The notes: generated by a model not told the origin, from the sequence alone. Positions 9,958-19,303 are shown, numbered from the stretch's first letter. The stretch: 64,000 nucleotides of DNA from Candidatus Methanoperedenaceae archaeon (GCA_963753595.1 CAVWCX010000018.1:62262-126261); one strand, 5' to 3'. Program-made: numbers and translations.

Positions 9958-10725
9958 TCATCTAACGATCACAGTGCCTGTCGCATTTTGATATTCTTTG
10001 TACGATGGATATTCAGCCAGGACAAAAGTATATTTTCCCTCCTGCTTGAATTGATATTGATATCTGCCTGGATATTGCATGAGCTGTTTCTCGAATAAAC
10101 TATCTTTGCTTACCAGTACAACCCTGGGACGCAGGTTTTCCTCGTTATTCCAGGTTATAGTATCTGATTTGTTGATTGTTATGGTTCCCGGAATAAAACC
10201 ATGACCAATATCAATTTTTATATTATAACTCCCTGGTTCAATTATCGAAGGTGGAGTAGCCATAGCAGGGGTCGTAGCAGGAACAACAGCGGGAATATTT
10301 GGGGTTATTGATGATACTGTAATAGTGTTATTTTGTAATCCTGAATTATTTTCTAATCCTGAATTTTGGGACTGTGATTTCATGGACTTTGCATCGTTAA
10401 AAAAATCAGATGCAGGAACGATATATGTAAAAATTGAATAAATGACAATTAATCCAATTATTGTTCCAAGCGCGATCATCTGGTTTTTAGAGATTTCCGG
10501 TATTTTAAATACGGGCTTATTATTAACGGAAGGGATATTTAACTGGAAACCTTCCTTGATATCTTCGGGTTTTTTTGTCTCCGCAAAATCCTGGTACCAG
10601 TCGCATACGGGATTCAGGCAGAACTGCGCAACCGGGATCTCAACAAATCCAAGCCCGATGGATTTCTTCACACTTTTTGTCTGGACAAACCCATGGCATT
10701 TCGGACATTTTTCAGCAAACTTCAT
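9958..10725 (-). CDS. Zn-ribbon / TM / cupredoxin-like domain protein
   Basis: CPKC...C-x3-VC at the N-terminus, one TM helix, Ser/Asn/Pro/Thr linker, plastocyanin-like C-terminus (FIPGTITINKSDTITWNN, F..EGKYTF, GTVIV). Start taken at MKFAEK. Confidence 0.7.
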   Translation of the reverse strand: MKFAEKCPKCHGFVQTKSVKKSIGLGFVEIPVAQFCLNPVCDWYQDFAETKKPEDIKEGFQLNIPSVNNKPVFKIPEISKNQMIALGTIIGLIVIYSIFTYIVPASDFFNDAKSMKSQSQNSGLENNSGLQNNTITVSSITPNIPAVVPATTPAMATPPSIIEPGSYNIKIDIGHGFIPGTITINKSDTITWNNEENLRPRVVLVSKDSLFEKQLMQYPGRYQYQFKQEGKYTFVLAEYPSYKEYQNATGTVIVR

Positions 10726-10803
10726 GATCACCATTATAGCCGGGGGCATTATTAAAATTATCGAATAGAAATCTTTAATAAATGACATAACCAACAAAAT
10801 ACA

Positions 10804-11373
10804 ATGCATATAAAACCGCAAATACGGATACTTGGTATTGATGACTCCCCTTTGATAAATGAAAAAGTAATGATCATTGGAGCTTTTTTCCGTGGCGGTG
10901 AGCAGCTTGACGGGATATTGAGAGCCTATATCACAAAAGACGGGATGGATGCTATTGATGTTTTGACCAGAATGATCAAGGAATCAAAATATTTTTCCCA
11001 GACAAGGGTTATAATGCTTGATGGCATCACTTATGCAGGATTTAATCCCGTGGATATAACCTGCCTCTCTAAAGAAACTGGTCTGCCTGTAATTGTTTTC
11101 ATGCGATCGTGCCCTGATTTTGAGAAAATTAAGCTTGCTCTGCGGCATCTTCCTGACCCTGAAAAAAGATGGGAGATAATACAGCGCGCAGGCACGATAC
11201 ATAAAATAGGGGAGGAAAATCCTGTTTATATCCAGTTGTGCGGTCTTGATTTGGAAAGCGCAATAAAAATAATCCGAATAACTTCAACGCACAGTAATAT
11301 CCCGGAGCCGCTTCGTGTTGCACACATTATAGCGACAGGAGTTGTGCTTGGCGAATCAAAAGGCCAGGCGTGA
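10804..11373 (+). CDS. DUF99 family (endonuclease V-like/EndodU) protein
   Basis: RILGIDDS, MLDGITYAGFN, PEPLRVAH motifs. Confidence 0.88.
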   Translation: MHIKPQIRILGIDDSPLINEKVMIIGAFFRGGEQLDGILRAYITKDGMDAIDVLTRMIKESKYFSQTRVIMLDGITYAGFNPVDITCLSKETGLPVIVFMRSCPDFEKIKLALRHLPDPEKRWEIIQRAGTIHKIGEENPVYIQLCGLDLESAIKIIRITSTHSNIPEPLRVAHIIATGVVLGESKGQA

Positions 11374-11511
11374 CTCAATGATCATTTTTTTTTCTATTCG
11401 ATGACCTGAACAATTTGACAATTGGATAGAAAAAATATTTGTCATCGATAATCATGAAAAACAGCACAAGACATATATACCACTAATAATCATTAAGAAT
11501 GGGTGATGAAG

Positions 11512-11676
11512 ATGAATACATTAATTCAACATGAAACTCAATATAAATGTCCCAATTGTAAACATCTAATACCGCTAAATAACGCTGATTTCATCAAAGG
11601 AATCGCAATGGTGTCGTGTGTGGGTTGCGGAAGAGATGCTTTTACTATCGAAGAAACCATGCTTGCAACAAACTAA
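11512..11676 (+). CDS. 54-aa CPxC/CxxC zinc-finger microprotein (not in the ORF track)
   Basis: MNTLIQHETQYKCPNCKHLIPLNNADFIKGIAMVSCVGCGRDAFTIEETMLATN; GGGTGA SD at 11501-11506; TATA-like ATATATA at about 11473. Confidence 0.7.
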   Translation: MNTLIQHETQYKCPNCKHLIPLNNADFIKGIAMVSCVGCGRDAFTIEETMLATN

Positions 11677-11781
11677 AACTTATTTAGAGGTTGTCAAAAA
11701 GTTTGATCTTGGGGGTCATTATGAAATACTTAGAAATAAGAAACCGCAGATAAGCGTTCTATTAACACTTTCGGCAATAAT

Positions 11782-12018
11782 TTAAATCCTCTGTACATAT
11801 ACGTTAAAGATCTTCCCATCCTGCTTGACGGCAAGGATCTTATTTCCGGATTTTTTTGCCCATGAATCAATATTCTGTGGCGCAACCGGATCATCTGCTG
11901 TTATGAGCAGGATCTCTCCGCTTTTTAACTGCTCGACACGTTTTTTTGTAAGTATGAGTGGATATGGGCAGCATTCACCCCGCACATCAAGTGTATCATC
12001 AGGAATAATCTCAGACAT
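11782..12018 (-). CDS. tusA: Sulfurtransferase TusA/SirA family protein
   Basis: LDVRGECCPYP motif and DDP. Confidence 0.88.
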   Translation of the reverse strand: MSEIIPDDTLDVRGECCPYPLILTKKRVEQLKSGEILLITADDPVAPQNIDSWAKKSGNKILAVKQDGKIFNVYVQRI

Positions 12019-12107
12019 AAGGTACCCAATTTGACTCAGGATTATTTAAAATTGACTGATTAATAAATCCTTATATCCTTCTTTAACAATCCTGACTCCG
12101 TGATCCC

Positions 12108-12584
12108 ATGAAACCAATAGAAAAAGCATCCGGTATCGGTGGAATGCTTACAGCATTCAGGAAACTTGCCAGGGGAAGGAAAAAAATAACATTTATCGGC
12201 TGCCCGGGCTGGTGCAACCCATTTGCAGAACTTCTTGGCTATGTTTTACGGGATGCTGGAAAAGAAATGGTATTTATCCCGAACCTGAGGAAAGACCTGG
12301 CGGCAAAGGTCAAAATGACCGATTACGGGATGCAGCTTGGTGAAAAAGCAGATCCTTCTTCGGATACTGTTGTGCTTCTCGGAGGGCTTGCCATGCCAAA
12401 AATGGAAGTGGAGGTCAATGGCTTAAATTCGATGATAGATGAGATCACAAAAGGCCATCCTGACCGCCAGATACTGGGTATGTGTATTGGCGGGGTTTTC
12501 GAAAAAGCAGGATGGGATAAATTGATCGATTTTGATTATCTGATGGATGCAGACATGGAAGTTGTAACTTACGGATTTAAATAA
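12108..12584 (+). CDS. DUF2124 family protein (methanogen-type)
   Basis: G.PGWCNPFAELLGY and LLGGLAMPK motifs. Confidence 0.82.
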   Translation: MKPIEKASGIGGMLTAFRKLARGRKKITFIGCPGWCNPFAELLGYVLRDAGKEMVFIPNLRKDLAAKVKMTDYGMQLGEKADPSSDTVVLLGGLAMPKMEVEVNGLNSMIDEITKGHPDRQILGMCIGGVFEKAGWDKLIDFDYLMDADMEVVTYGFK

Positions 12585-12614
12585 TATTAAGGTTTTCAAA
12601 TACTAAATACGATC

Positions 12615-13031
12615 ATGAACAAATTAGCAAGACTTTTCATAAAAACAAGCCTGGTGTATCTTGTCCTCGGCACCATCCTGGGTGTGCTTATCACCATTGG
12701 ACCCGGATACAGTTTCATGCATTCGCATTTTGCGCTTATTGGATGGGTATCGTTCATGCTTTTCGGGCTGGCATATGAGAGCATCCCTCGCTATACCAGC
12801 AGGGCCCTTTATAGCAGAAAACTCGGAATGATACAATTCTGGCTTGCCAATATCGGATTGATCGGCCTTTCGCTTTCGTACCCATTTATGAGAATGTATA
12901 TGCTCAAAGAAAAGGATGCTTCTGATGCTGCAACAGCAGTTATGATATTTGGCTTGATAGAGGCTATTTCAGTTTTCATGTTCGTATTCAATATCTGGAA
13001 ATCGATGGGTAGCACAGGTTCGTCAAAATAA
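12615..13031 (+). CDS. Small 4-TM protein resembling the heme-binding part of cbb3-type/heme-copper oxidase subunit I
   Basis: HSHFALIGW motif, QFWLANIG, four hydrophobic helices. Confidence 0.7.
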   Translation: MNKLARLFIKTSLVYLVLGTILGVLITIGPGYSFMHSHFALIGWVSFMLFGLAYESIPRYTSRALYSRKLGMIQFWLANIGLIGLSLSYPFMRMYMLKEKDASDAATAVMIFGLIEAISVFMFVFNIWKSMGSTGSSK

Positions 13032-13057
13032 GATTTTTTGGAAATGAGGTAACTACA

Positions 13058-13570
13058 ATGGAATGGAAGCCGGATGCATTAAAAGAACTTGAAAAAGTAC
13101 CTGAACATGTCCGAAGCATGGCTAAAATGGGCATAGAAACAGCTGTCGGAAAGAAGGGGAAAAACATAGTATCGATCGAGGATGTAAATGAAGCGGCTAA
13201 GCAATTCAGGGCCATAATGGGAAAGGAAGATACAGGGTCAAAAACAACCAGAATTGCCGTCGTTAGGTGCGATATTGTTAGTGAGACCTGCCCGGGAGTT
13301 GCATGTTTTAAGGCATTCAACAAACGAAAAGTGCATTTTGAGCAATACGGGAAAGACACCGAGATCATAGGATTTTTCACATGCGGTGGATGTCCTGGCA
13401 GAAGAATTTTCAGGCTTGTGGACAGCCTCATGAAACATGATATTGATGTAATTCACCTGAGTTCATGCATGCTTCTTGAGAAAAGCTATGCAAAGTGCCC
13501 TCATATTGAGGAAATAAAGCAGATGATATCCAATAAGGGTGTAAAGATCATAGAAGGCACACATCACTGA
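13058..13570 (+). CDS. PCP_red-like domain fused to a CGGC domain (putative Fe-S/metal-binding)
   Basis: W..DA..ELEKVP..VR N-terminus; CPG..C, TCGGCPG, HLSSC, CP, GTH. Confidence 0.82.
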   Translation: MEWKPDALKELEKVPEHVRSMAKMGIETAVGKKGKNIVSIEDVNEAAKQFRAIMGKEDTGSKTTRIAVVRCDIVSETCPGVACFKAFNKRKVHFEQYGKDTEIIGFFTCGGCPGRRIFRLVDSLMKHDIDVIHLSSCMLLEKSYAKCPHIEEIKQMISNKGVKIIEGTHH

Positions 13571-13674
13571 ACTTTCGCAACACAACTTATATCATGGAAA
13601 AACTCCTGATATAAATTGGGGTCCAGAAAGCTTTATTATAGTTCGTAACCATACGAATGAATAAGGAGTATATT

Positions 13675-13887
13675 ATGACCATAACAAAAGATATCAAAAT
13701 TGAAGAAGTAGTAACACAGTATCCGGAAACCATGATGGTATTTATGAAGCATGGCCTGCATTGCGTGGGGTGCCATGTATCAGCGTTTGAAAGCATCGAA
13801 GATGGCGCAAATTCGCATGGGATCAATGTGGATGCGCTTGTGGCTGACCTGAATAAGGTCATCTCATCAAGAAAACAAAAGCCCTGA
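13675..13887 (+). CDS. DUF1858 (hybrid cluster protein-associated redox disulfide) domain protein
   Basis: ITKD..I.EVV..YPE, GLHCVGC, HGI; AGGAG SD before ATG 13675. Confidence 0.88.
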   Translation: MTITKDIKIEEVVTQYPETMMVFMKHGLHCVGCHVSAFESIEDGANSHGINVDALVADLNKVISSRKQKP

Positions 13888-13890
13888 AGA

Positions 13891-14730
13891 TCAAGGATAA
13901 TAAGGTTCACTTTTATTCCACATATCATTAAAATGGTTTAAATATGCATCAAATACTCCTTTCTCTTTCCGGACAATTTCCAATGTCGGGGAAACTCTCC
14001 CTTTTTTGTTGAATAAATAAGGCGTCACCCTGAGAATATTTTCATCAATGATCGTCATCGATAAGGAAGGATAGGTATCATATAATCGTATTTCAACATT
14101 TGACCTGTACTCTTCCTCAAGATTGTTAATGAAAAGTTTTTCATGATGGATCAACTGTATTATTTGACCTTTAAGATCAGTGTTGTTTTCGTCTATTTCC
14201 CTGAAATTTACATGAGTAGAATCGGGATTCAATATCAATATTTGTAGCGTGCAGCCTTTTTCAACAAGGGATATAAGTTGTGTCCACTCTTCACTATCAG
14301 GAAAAAAATAATAGCTCAGGGTTATTCCCAGCATTTTGACATTTTTTTTGGTCAAATTAAGCATTTCAGAACTTCCTCCCCTCGGATAAATATTTACCAG
14401 CCCTGATTTTGTTATTGACTCATTCATCGATTTCACTTTCTCACAATGATCATTTATCATAGCCATGAAATTTGACTTTACAAACTGTGCTATAAGGTCC
14501 ATCATGTTGTTGCGTAAGAAGTATTCATAAAACAGGATAGCTAAACCAATTATGATATATGCGATCCCGATTTCTTTAAGAACTTCCTCCATTATAATGG
14601 AGGTCAGGTCTTTATCCGGCGAAACAAATATGATAATTAATGCACCCGCAATTATAATCGTAATGGAAAGAATAATAGTTTTATAAAATATTATCAATTG
14701 TGACAACTTTTCAACTATTTGTGTAGCCAT
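13891..14730 (-). CDS. Two-TM protein with a DUF5919-like (PLD-fold, HKD-less) domain
   Basis: Two N-terminal TM helices; LQILILNPDS, EIRLYDTYP..SMTIID, F..MW pattern. Confidence 0.68.
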   Translation of the reverse strand: MATQIVEKLSQLIIFYKTIILSITIIIAGALIIIFVSPDKDLTSIIMEEVLKEIGIAYIIIGLAILFYEYFLRNNMMDLIAQFVKSNFMAMINDHCEKVKSMNESITKSGLVNIYPRGGSSEMLNLTKKNVKMLGITLSYYFFPDSEEWTQLISLVEKGCTLQILILNPDSTHVNFREIDENNTDLKGQIIQLIHHEKLFINNLEEEYRSNVEIRLYDTYPSLSMTIIDENILRVTPYLFNKKGRVSPTLEIVRKEKGVFDAYLNHFNDMWNKSEPYYP

Positions 14731-14945
14731 CTATCTTTCACTCCCCGAACGTCAAATCATGGCGGATTTGATTGATCTCCCTTAATATTATAATATAAAC
14801 AGCATCATATTTTAAACTATTGTTATTGTTTTTTCCAACTTTCTCTTTTCATATTTATTTCGTCCTTAATTTGTCTCTTCTTTCCGAAGGCGGCAAACTT
14901 CAAATGGCTGCAAATCATGCCTTAGAATGCCTTCGGGCTATGGTG

Positions 14946-15512
14946 CTAATTTGAAGGCTTCTGTAAGGGATATTTCGCTCCGAGTAAATGCAAGACATTA
15001 ACAATTAATAATATAACTATAGATATTAAAGACAAATTTAACTCTTTCTCCAAAGAAGAATTAACAATTCTTCCCATTCCATCTTTTTCTATTATATCAA
15101 TGAATTCGTAACTATATAGGTTGGCATTCTTAAAGACAAAATTTTCATGAGCCACAGATAGTTCTATATTATAAAATAAATTTGATATAAATATACTATA
15201 TAATATAATCGATAAAATAAGGGCTAATATATTAAAAATTGCCAGTTTATTTTGCCTTGATTTTTTAAAAAATAAAATCTCAATACATAAAATTAATCCC
15301 ATTATGACAACAGGTGAGACAATGCCAGTATAATGGTTATTATGTTCACTAATGATTTCATATCCGATAATGCCTGCTTTTGCAGATTCAATACCTTCAC
15401 TCCCTTGTACAATCGATAAGGTGCTATCCAGAACGAATAAATATATTCCCATATAAAATAGTATAAATATCAAAAAAACAATATTTATATAATTTACTTT
15501 TTTATTAATCAT
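14946..15512 (-). CDS. Hypothetical membrane protein (very AT-rich)
   Basis: Four hydrophobic segments, 188 aa. Confidence 0.65.
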   Translation of the reverse strand: MINKKVNYINIVFLIFILFYMGIYLFVLDSTLSIVQGSEGIESAKAGIIGYEIISEHNNHYTGIVSPVVIMGLILCIEILFFKKSRQNKLAIFNILALILSIILYSIFISNLFYNIELSVAHENFVFKNANLYSYEFIDIIEKDGMGRIVNSSLEKELNLSLISIVILLIVNVLHLLGAKYPLQKPSN

Positions 15513-15557
15513 AATGCTTTACCATCCCAAGATTGAATAAAAATAATTTTATAAATA

Positions 15558-15890
15558 TTAGGGTGTTTTTCCTGGATAAGGCTCAATGGATGAAGTTGTT
15601 GTTATATAGGCTACAGTGCCAAACAACATTGTAATAAAGAAAAATACGACTAACAATCCAAAGGCAAAAATAATAATAGCTATACAACGTCTGTTAGCTT
15701 CTGTACTGTGTATATAAAAATAAACTCCACTTAATATTAATCCTCCTCCGAAAAAAACCCCCAATATTAGCATAATAATAGGAAACCTAACACTTAAAAC
15801 AGATAAAGCTATCACGAAAAAGAAAATTAATAGACCGACTATCAATCCCCTGTTATTAATTCTAAAATCTTCTATTTTTACTTTTTTCAT
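15558..15890 (-). CDS. Hypothetical 3-TM membrane protein (AT-rich)
   Basis: Three TM helices; AGGTGA SD upstream. Confidence 0.65.
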   Translation of the reverse strand: MKKVKIEDFRINNRGLIVGLLIFFFVIALSVLSVRFPIIMLILGVFFGGGLILSGVYFYIHSTEANRRCIAIIIFAFGLLVVFFFITMLFGTVAYITTTSSIEPYPGKTP

Positions 15891-16181
15891 TGGGAATCAC
15901 CTTTATACTTCGGGCAACCTGGGTTATAAAATCCAGTTGTTAGAGTTTTTGTCTCCCCAACCTGCCAACTTTACCACTCATTTTTTTTGTACAGATTTTT
16001 TTAGCTGTACACCATCTAATTTAAAAATATGGTATATAAATTTATTGTTTTTTCAATTTAGTGATAAAAATTACAGGAAATTTACTTAGACATATATAAA
16101 AAATATTCTAAATTTGTAAAAAATGGTTAGTTTGATGGAATACTAATCCATAGTGCATGCGACAGATTATTTTAAAATATC

Positions 16182-17501
16182 CTAAATATTAAAACCCTGG
16201 CAATTGAGTTTTCTCTCTTTGACTTTTTCTGTTACCCTGTCTGCCATTCCACCTGTTGCAAAAACCATTACATCCAGGCCGCGAAGTGCTGCCAGCATTG
16301 CTGATTGTATCACATCGAACTCAAAATCGCATTTCAGTTCCATCTTATTCATCAGCGCTTTTGCTGATGTACCCATTGCCCCTATCTTTTGTTTCTTATT
16401 CTTATCAAGAAAAACATGGACTTTTTCTATATCTGCTGCTCTTGATCCACCTTCAATGATAGCCGGAACCCTGATCACTGTGATTATTCCGTCATGATGC
16501 TGCAAATTCCCCACAACATCCTTTACTGCAATATCTTCACCCATATCCCCATCAAACATCGCAATTCCCGTCACACCATTTGAACCTTTGTCTGCGACAA
16601 GCATCCCATCCCTGATCTCAAGTGATACTTTATCTCCTGCCTTAAGGTCACATCCTGCGATCGCACACCTGATATTCAATACCTTTACACTTTCCATAGA
16701 TTCCATAAAGTCAAGAACAGAAAGCGGAACTTCTCCTTTTGAAATTCCTCTTGCCCTGAATTCACGATAGGTCTGGACTATCACAGGCTGCCTTAACCCG
16801 GCTTCTGAGATGAGTTTTTCTTCTGAAAAAATATGCTTTGGGATGCCTGACCTGAAAACTTTTCCTTTGTTAAGTATGTAAATGCGGTCTGCCCAGGAAG
16901 CTGCAAGATCAGTTTCATGAGTGGAAATAATAATAGTTTTTCCTTCATTGTTCAGCTCATCAAGTATTCCCAGAGTATCGTTGATCCCTCCCGCATCCAT
17001 GCCAGATGTCGGTTCATCAAGAACAAGGACATCCGGTTCCATTGCAACAACTCCTGCAATCGCTACCCTTTTCTTCTGTCCGGCGCTCAGGTTGGCTGGA
17101 TTTTTTTTGGATAGTGCCTCGATATCAAATCTATGCAACACATAAGAAACACGTTCTTTGACCTCATCCGGGGATAATCTTAAGTTCCGGGGACCAAATG
17201 CAATATCTTCAAACACGGAAGGCGCAAATAACTGGTTATCGGACTCCTGGAAAACAAGACCTACCCTTCTTCTTACCTCATCTATATCGGTTTTATTTAT
17301 ATCCTCACCGAATATCCTGACTTCGCCTTTTGCCGGCTTTATCAGGCCATTAAAATGATAGAATAAGGTGGTTTTCCCGCTGCCATTCGGGCCAAGAACC
17401 GCTACTTTCTCCCCGGCTTTTGCCTCAAAATTCACACCCGACAGGGCCGGTGTCCCATCCGCATAAATATACTCAAGTCCGATCGTCTGGATAGCTATCA
17501 T
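16182..17501 (-). CDS. cbiO: ECF transporter ATPase CbiO/NikO with an extra ~170-aa C-terminal domain
   Basis: GPNGSGKT Walker A, LSAGQKKRVAIAG, LDEPT. Confidence 0.9.
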   Translation of the reverse strand: MIAIQTIGLEYIYADGTPALSGVNFEAKAGEKVAVLGPNGSGKTTLFYHFNGLIKPAKGEVRIFGEDINKTDIDEVRRRVGLVFQESDNQLFAPSVFEDIAFGPRNLRLSPDEVKERVSYVLHRFDIEALSKKNPANLSAGQKKRVAIAGVVAMEPDVLVLDEPTSGMDAGGINDTLGILDELNNEGKTIIISTHETDLAASWADRIYILNKGKVFRSGIPKHIFSEEKLISEAGLRQPVIVQTYREFRARGISKGEVPLSVLDFMESMESVKVLNIRCAIAGCDLKAGDKVSLEIRDGMLVADKGSNGVTGIAMFDGDMGEDIAVKDVVGNLQHHDGIITVIRVPAIIEGGSRAADIEKVHVFLDKNKKQKIGAMGTSAKALMNKMELKCDFEFDVIQSAMLAALRGLDVMVFATGGMADRVTEKVKERKLNCQGFNI

Positions 17502-17507
17502 ATTATC

Positions 17508-18341
17508 TCACAACATCCTGTCTATTCCAAGAAGTATCATGATCCCGGATGCAAAAACAAATCCCATGAGCAGATCCTTCTGATCCAATGGCTGATGACT
17601 TACAAAACTCCGATCATGTTTCCAACCCCGTGATAACATGGCCCTATAGACCAGTTCTGCCCGGACTAGCGCCCTTGTAATTAGCGCTCCTGTTATTGAG
17701 GCAACATCATGCATTTTACTACTGAATCCTGAGCGTTTTGAAAAACCGCATCGTGATTCCTGTGCCCATTTCATTTTTTTTGCTTCAGTTGAAAATGCTT
17801 TAATGTACCTGCTCATCAGTGAAGAAATATCAAGCATGGTACCCGGAACCCTGTACCAGCGCATTGTTTCTATGATCTCATTTTCAGAAGTGTTTGACAA
17901 AAGAAGGATTGACAGGGAAGCCGCCGCTATCACTCTTGCAAATATGAGGGATCCGGAATCTAACCCTTCGGCGTATAATGGAATAATTCCATAATATATC
18001 TTATTTGTTCCATAGGTCAAAGCCTGGATCACGACAATAAAAAAAGCCAGGATGACGGGGAAGATCATTTTACGGCCAAAATTTTGAAATATTCTTGATT
18101 TTAACGCAAAAAGAGTACAGATGACTGTAATTCCTATTGGAAAATACCAGTGTTTCATCAGTGTAATTGAAATTATCAGGATGAACAAAAAGAGGATTTT
18201 TATCCTGGGATCTATTAACTTTCCTTTAGTGCAGGATGCAGCTCTTTTTTTCCTTAGATGCCTGCCAATAATTACCGATATGAAAAAAGTGATCGTTATT
18301 ATTATCCCGTTTAACGGGTCAGTGGTAAGCCATTCAAGCAT
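17508..18341 (-). CDS. cbiQ: ECF transporter T component CbiQ/NikQ
   Basis: DPRIK, AQESR and AMLSRG motifs. Confidence 0.88.
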   Translation of the reverse strand: MLEWLTTDPLNGIIITITFFISVIIGRHLRKKRAASCTKGKLIDPRIKILFLFILIISITLMKHWYFPIGITVICTLFALKSRIFQNFGRKMIFPVILAFFIVVIQALTYGTNKIYYGIIPLYAEGLDSGSLIFARVIAAASLSILLLSNTSENEIIETMRWYRVPGTMLDISSLMSRYIKAFSTEAKKMKWAQESRCGFSKRSGFSSKMHDVASITGALITRALVRAELVYRAMLSRGWKHDRSFVSHQPLDQKDLLMGFVFASGIMILLGIDRML

Positions 18342-19255
18342 CAGGTTTTCCTCCTCAATTCACTCCAGAAATATCCTGTAAAGAGGCCGCCTGTTATACC
18401 CACCAGGGCAAAACCCAGTGGTTCTCCAAGGATAGACATTAATCTAACACCGATCCCGCCTGGTGATGCAGCGGGTGCGGCCATTCCTTCAACAGTACTA
18501 TCAATTCCTGCCATATTTGCACCGCCTAGATATCCGATATACGCACCGACCACAATAATTGAAGTAATTGAAACCATAAGCAACAGGGCGGTTCTTGTGA
18601 ATCGGCCTGACGGGCAGCTTGATGAGATATTTTCTAAGCCTTTTGTTTCTGATATGTATTTTATAACATAAGCGGTGAATGCGAATTCAGCAAATGCCAG
18701 AGGGAGTTGTGTGGGAATAAATCCAAGTGAATATAATTTCCAGTAATACATGACATCCCCCGGATTCAGGGAAAGGGCAAGCTGCAAAGCCGTTGTCATA
18801 TAAGTAAGGATACTTCCGGCAAAGCCTGCCATTCCTGCAGAAAACCATAATGGAGAGATGTTTTTGAGAAGCCTGTAAACAAAATAGCCTCCAAAAGCCC
18901 CCGCTATCCCCATTGAAAAAGTATTTGCACCGATGGTGGTAAGCCCGCCATGAGCAATAAAGGCCTGGAAGAACAGCGCTATTGCGCTTATTACCACAGT
19001 TGCCAGAGGGCCAATGATGATGGAAGCAAGTGGCGTTCCTACGGGATGGGATGAAGAACCCGTAACCGGAACAGGGATATGCCAGACAGAAATTACAAAA
19101 ACCACAGCGCCTATCAGGGACAACCGCGGGAGATATACAGGATCAACTTTAATGCGCTTATTGATTATCCGAAGGCCCAGCGCAATAAATAAGACAGATA
19201 TCGCATACCAGAAAAAAATCCATTTTGGCTCCAGAATCCCGTCTGAGATATGCAT
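18341..19255 (-). CDS. cbiM: ECF S component CbiM fused to a CbiN-like C-terminal segment
   Basis: MHISDG N-terminus, GSSSHPVG, HGGLTTIGAN; extra two-TM tail ending GGLFTGYFW. Confidence 0.9.
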   Translation of the reverse strand: MHISDGILEPKWIFFWYAISVLFIALGLRIINKRIKVDPVYLPRLSLIGAVVFVISVWHIPVPVTGSSSHPVGTPLASIIIGPLATVVISAIALFFQAFIAHGGLTTIGANTFSMGIAGAFGGYFVYRLLKNISPLWFSAGMAGFAGSILTYMTTALQLALSLNPGDVMYYWKLYSLGFIPTQLPLAFAEFAFTAYVIKYISETKGLENISSSCPSGRFTRTALLLMVSITSIIVVGAYIGYLGGANMAGIDSTVEGMAAPAASPGGIGVRLMSILGEPLGFALVGITGGLFTGYFWSELRRKT

Positions 19256-19267
19256 GTCAGCTCCTTA

Positions 19268-19303
19268 ATCAAGTAAATTTGTTTTCACTAAAGTTTACTT
19301 GAT
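19268..19303. promoter_or_regulatory. Inverted-repeat operator at the cbiM promoter (NikR-like geometry)
   Basis: Perfect 10-bp IR ATCAAGTAAA-N16-TTTACTTGAT abutting a minus-strand TATA box (TTTATATC, about 19301-19308). Confidence 0.6.

Noticed and set aside
14884-14936. Integron attC site
   Set aside because: No clear RYYYAAC/GTTRRRY boundaries and no integrase in the window.
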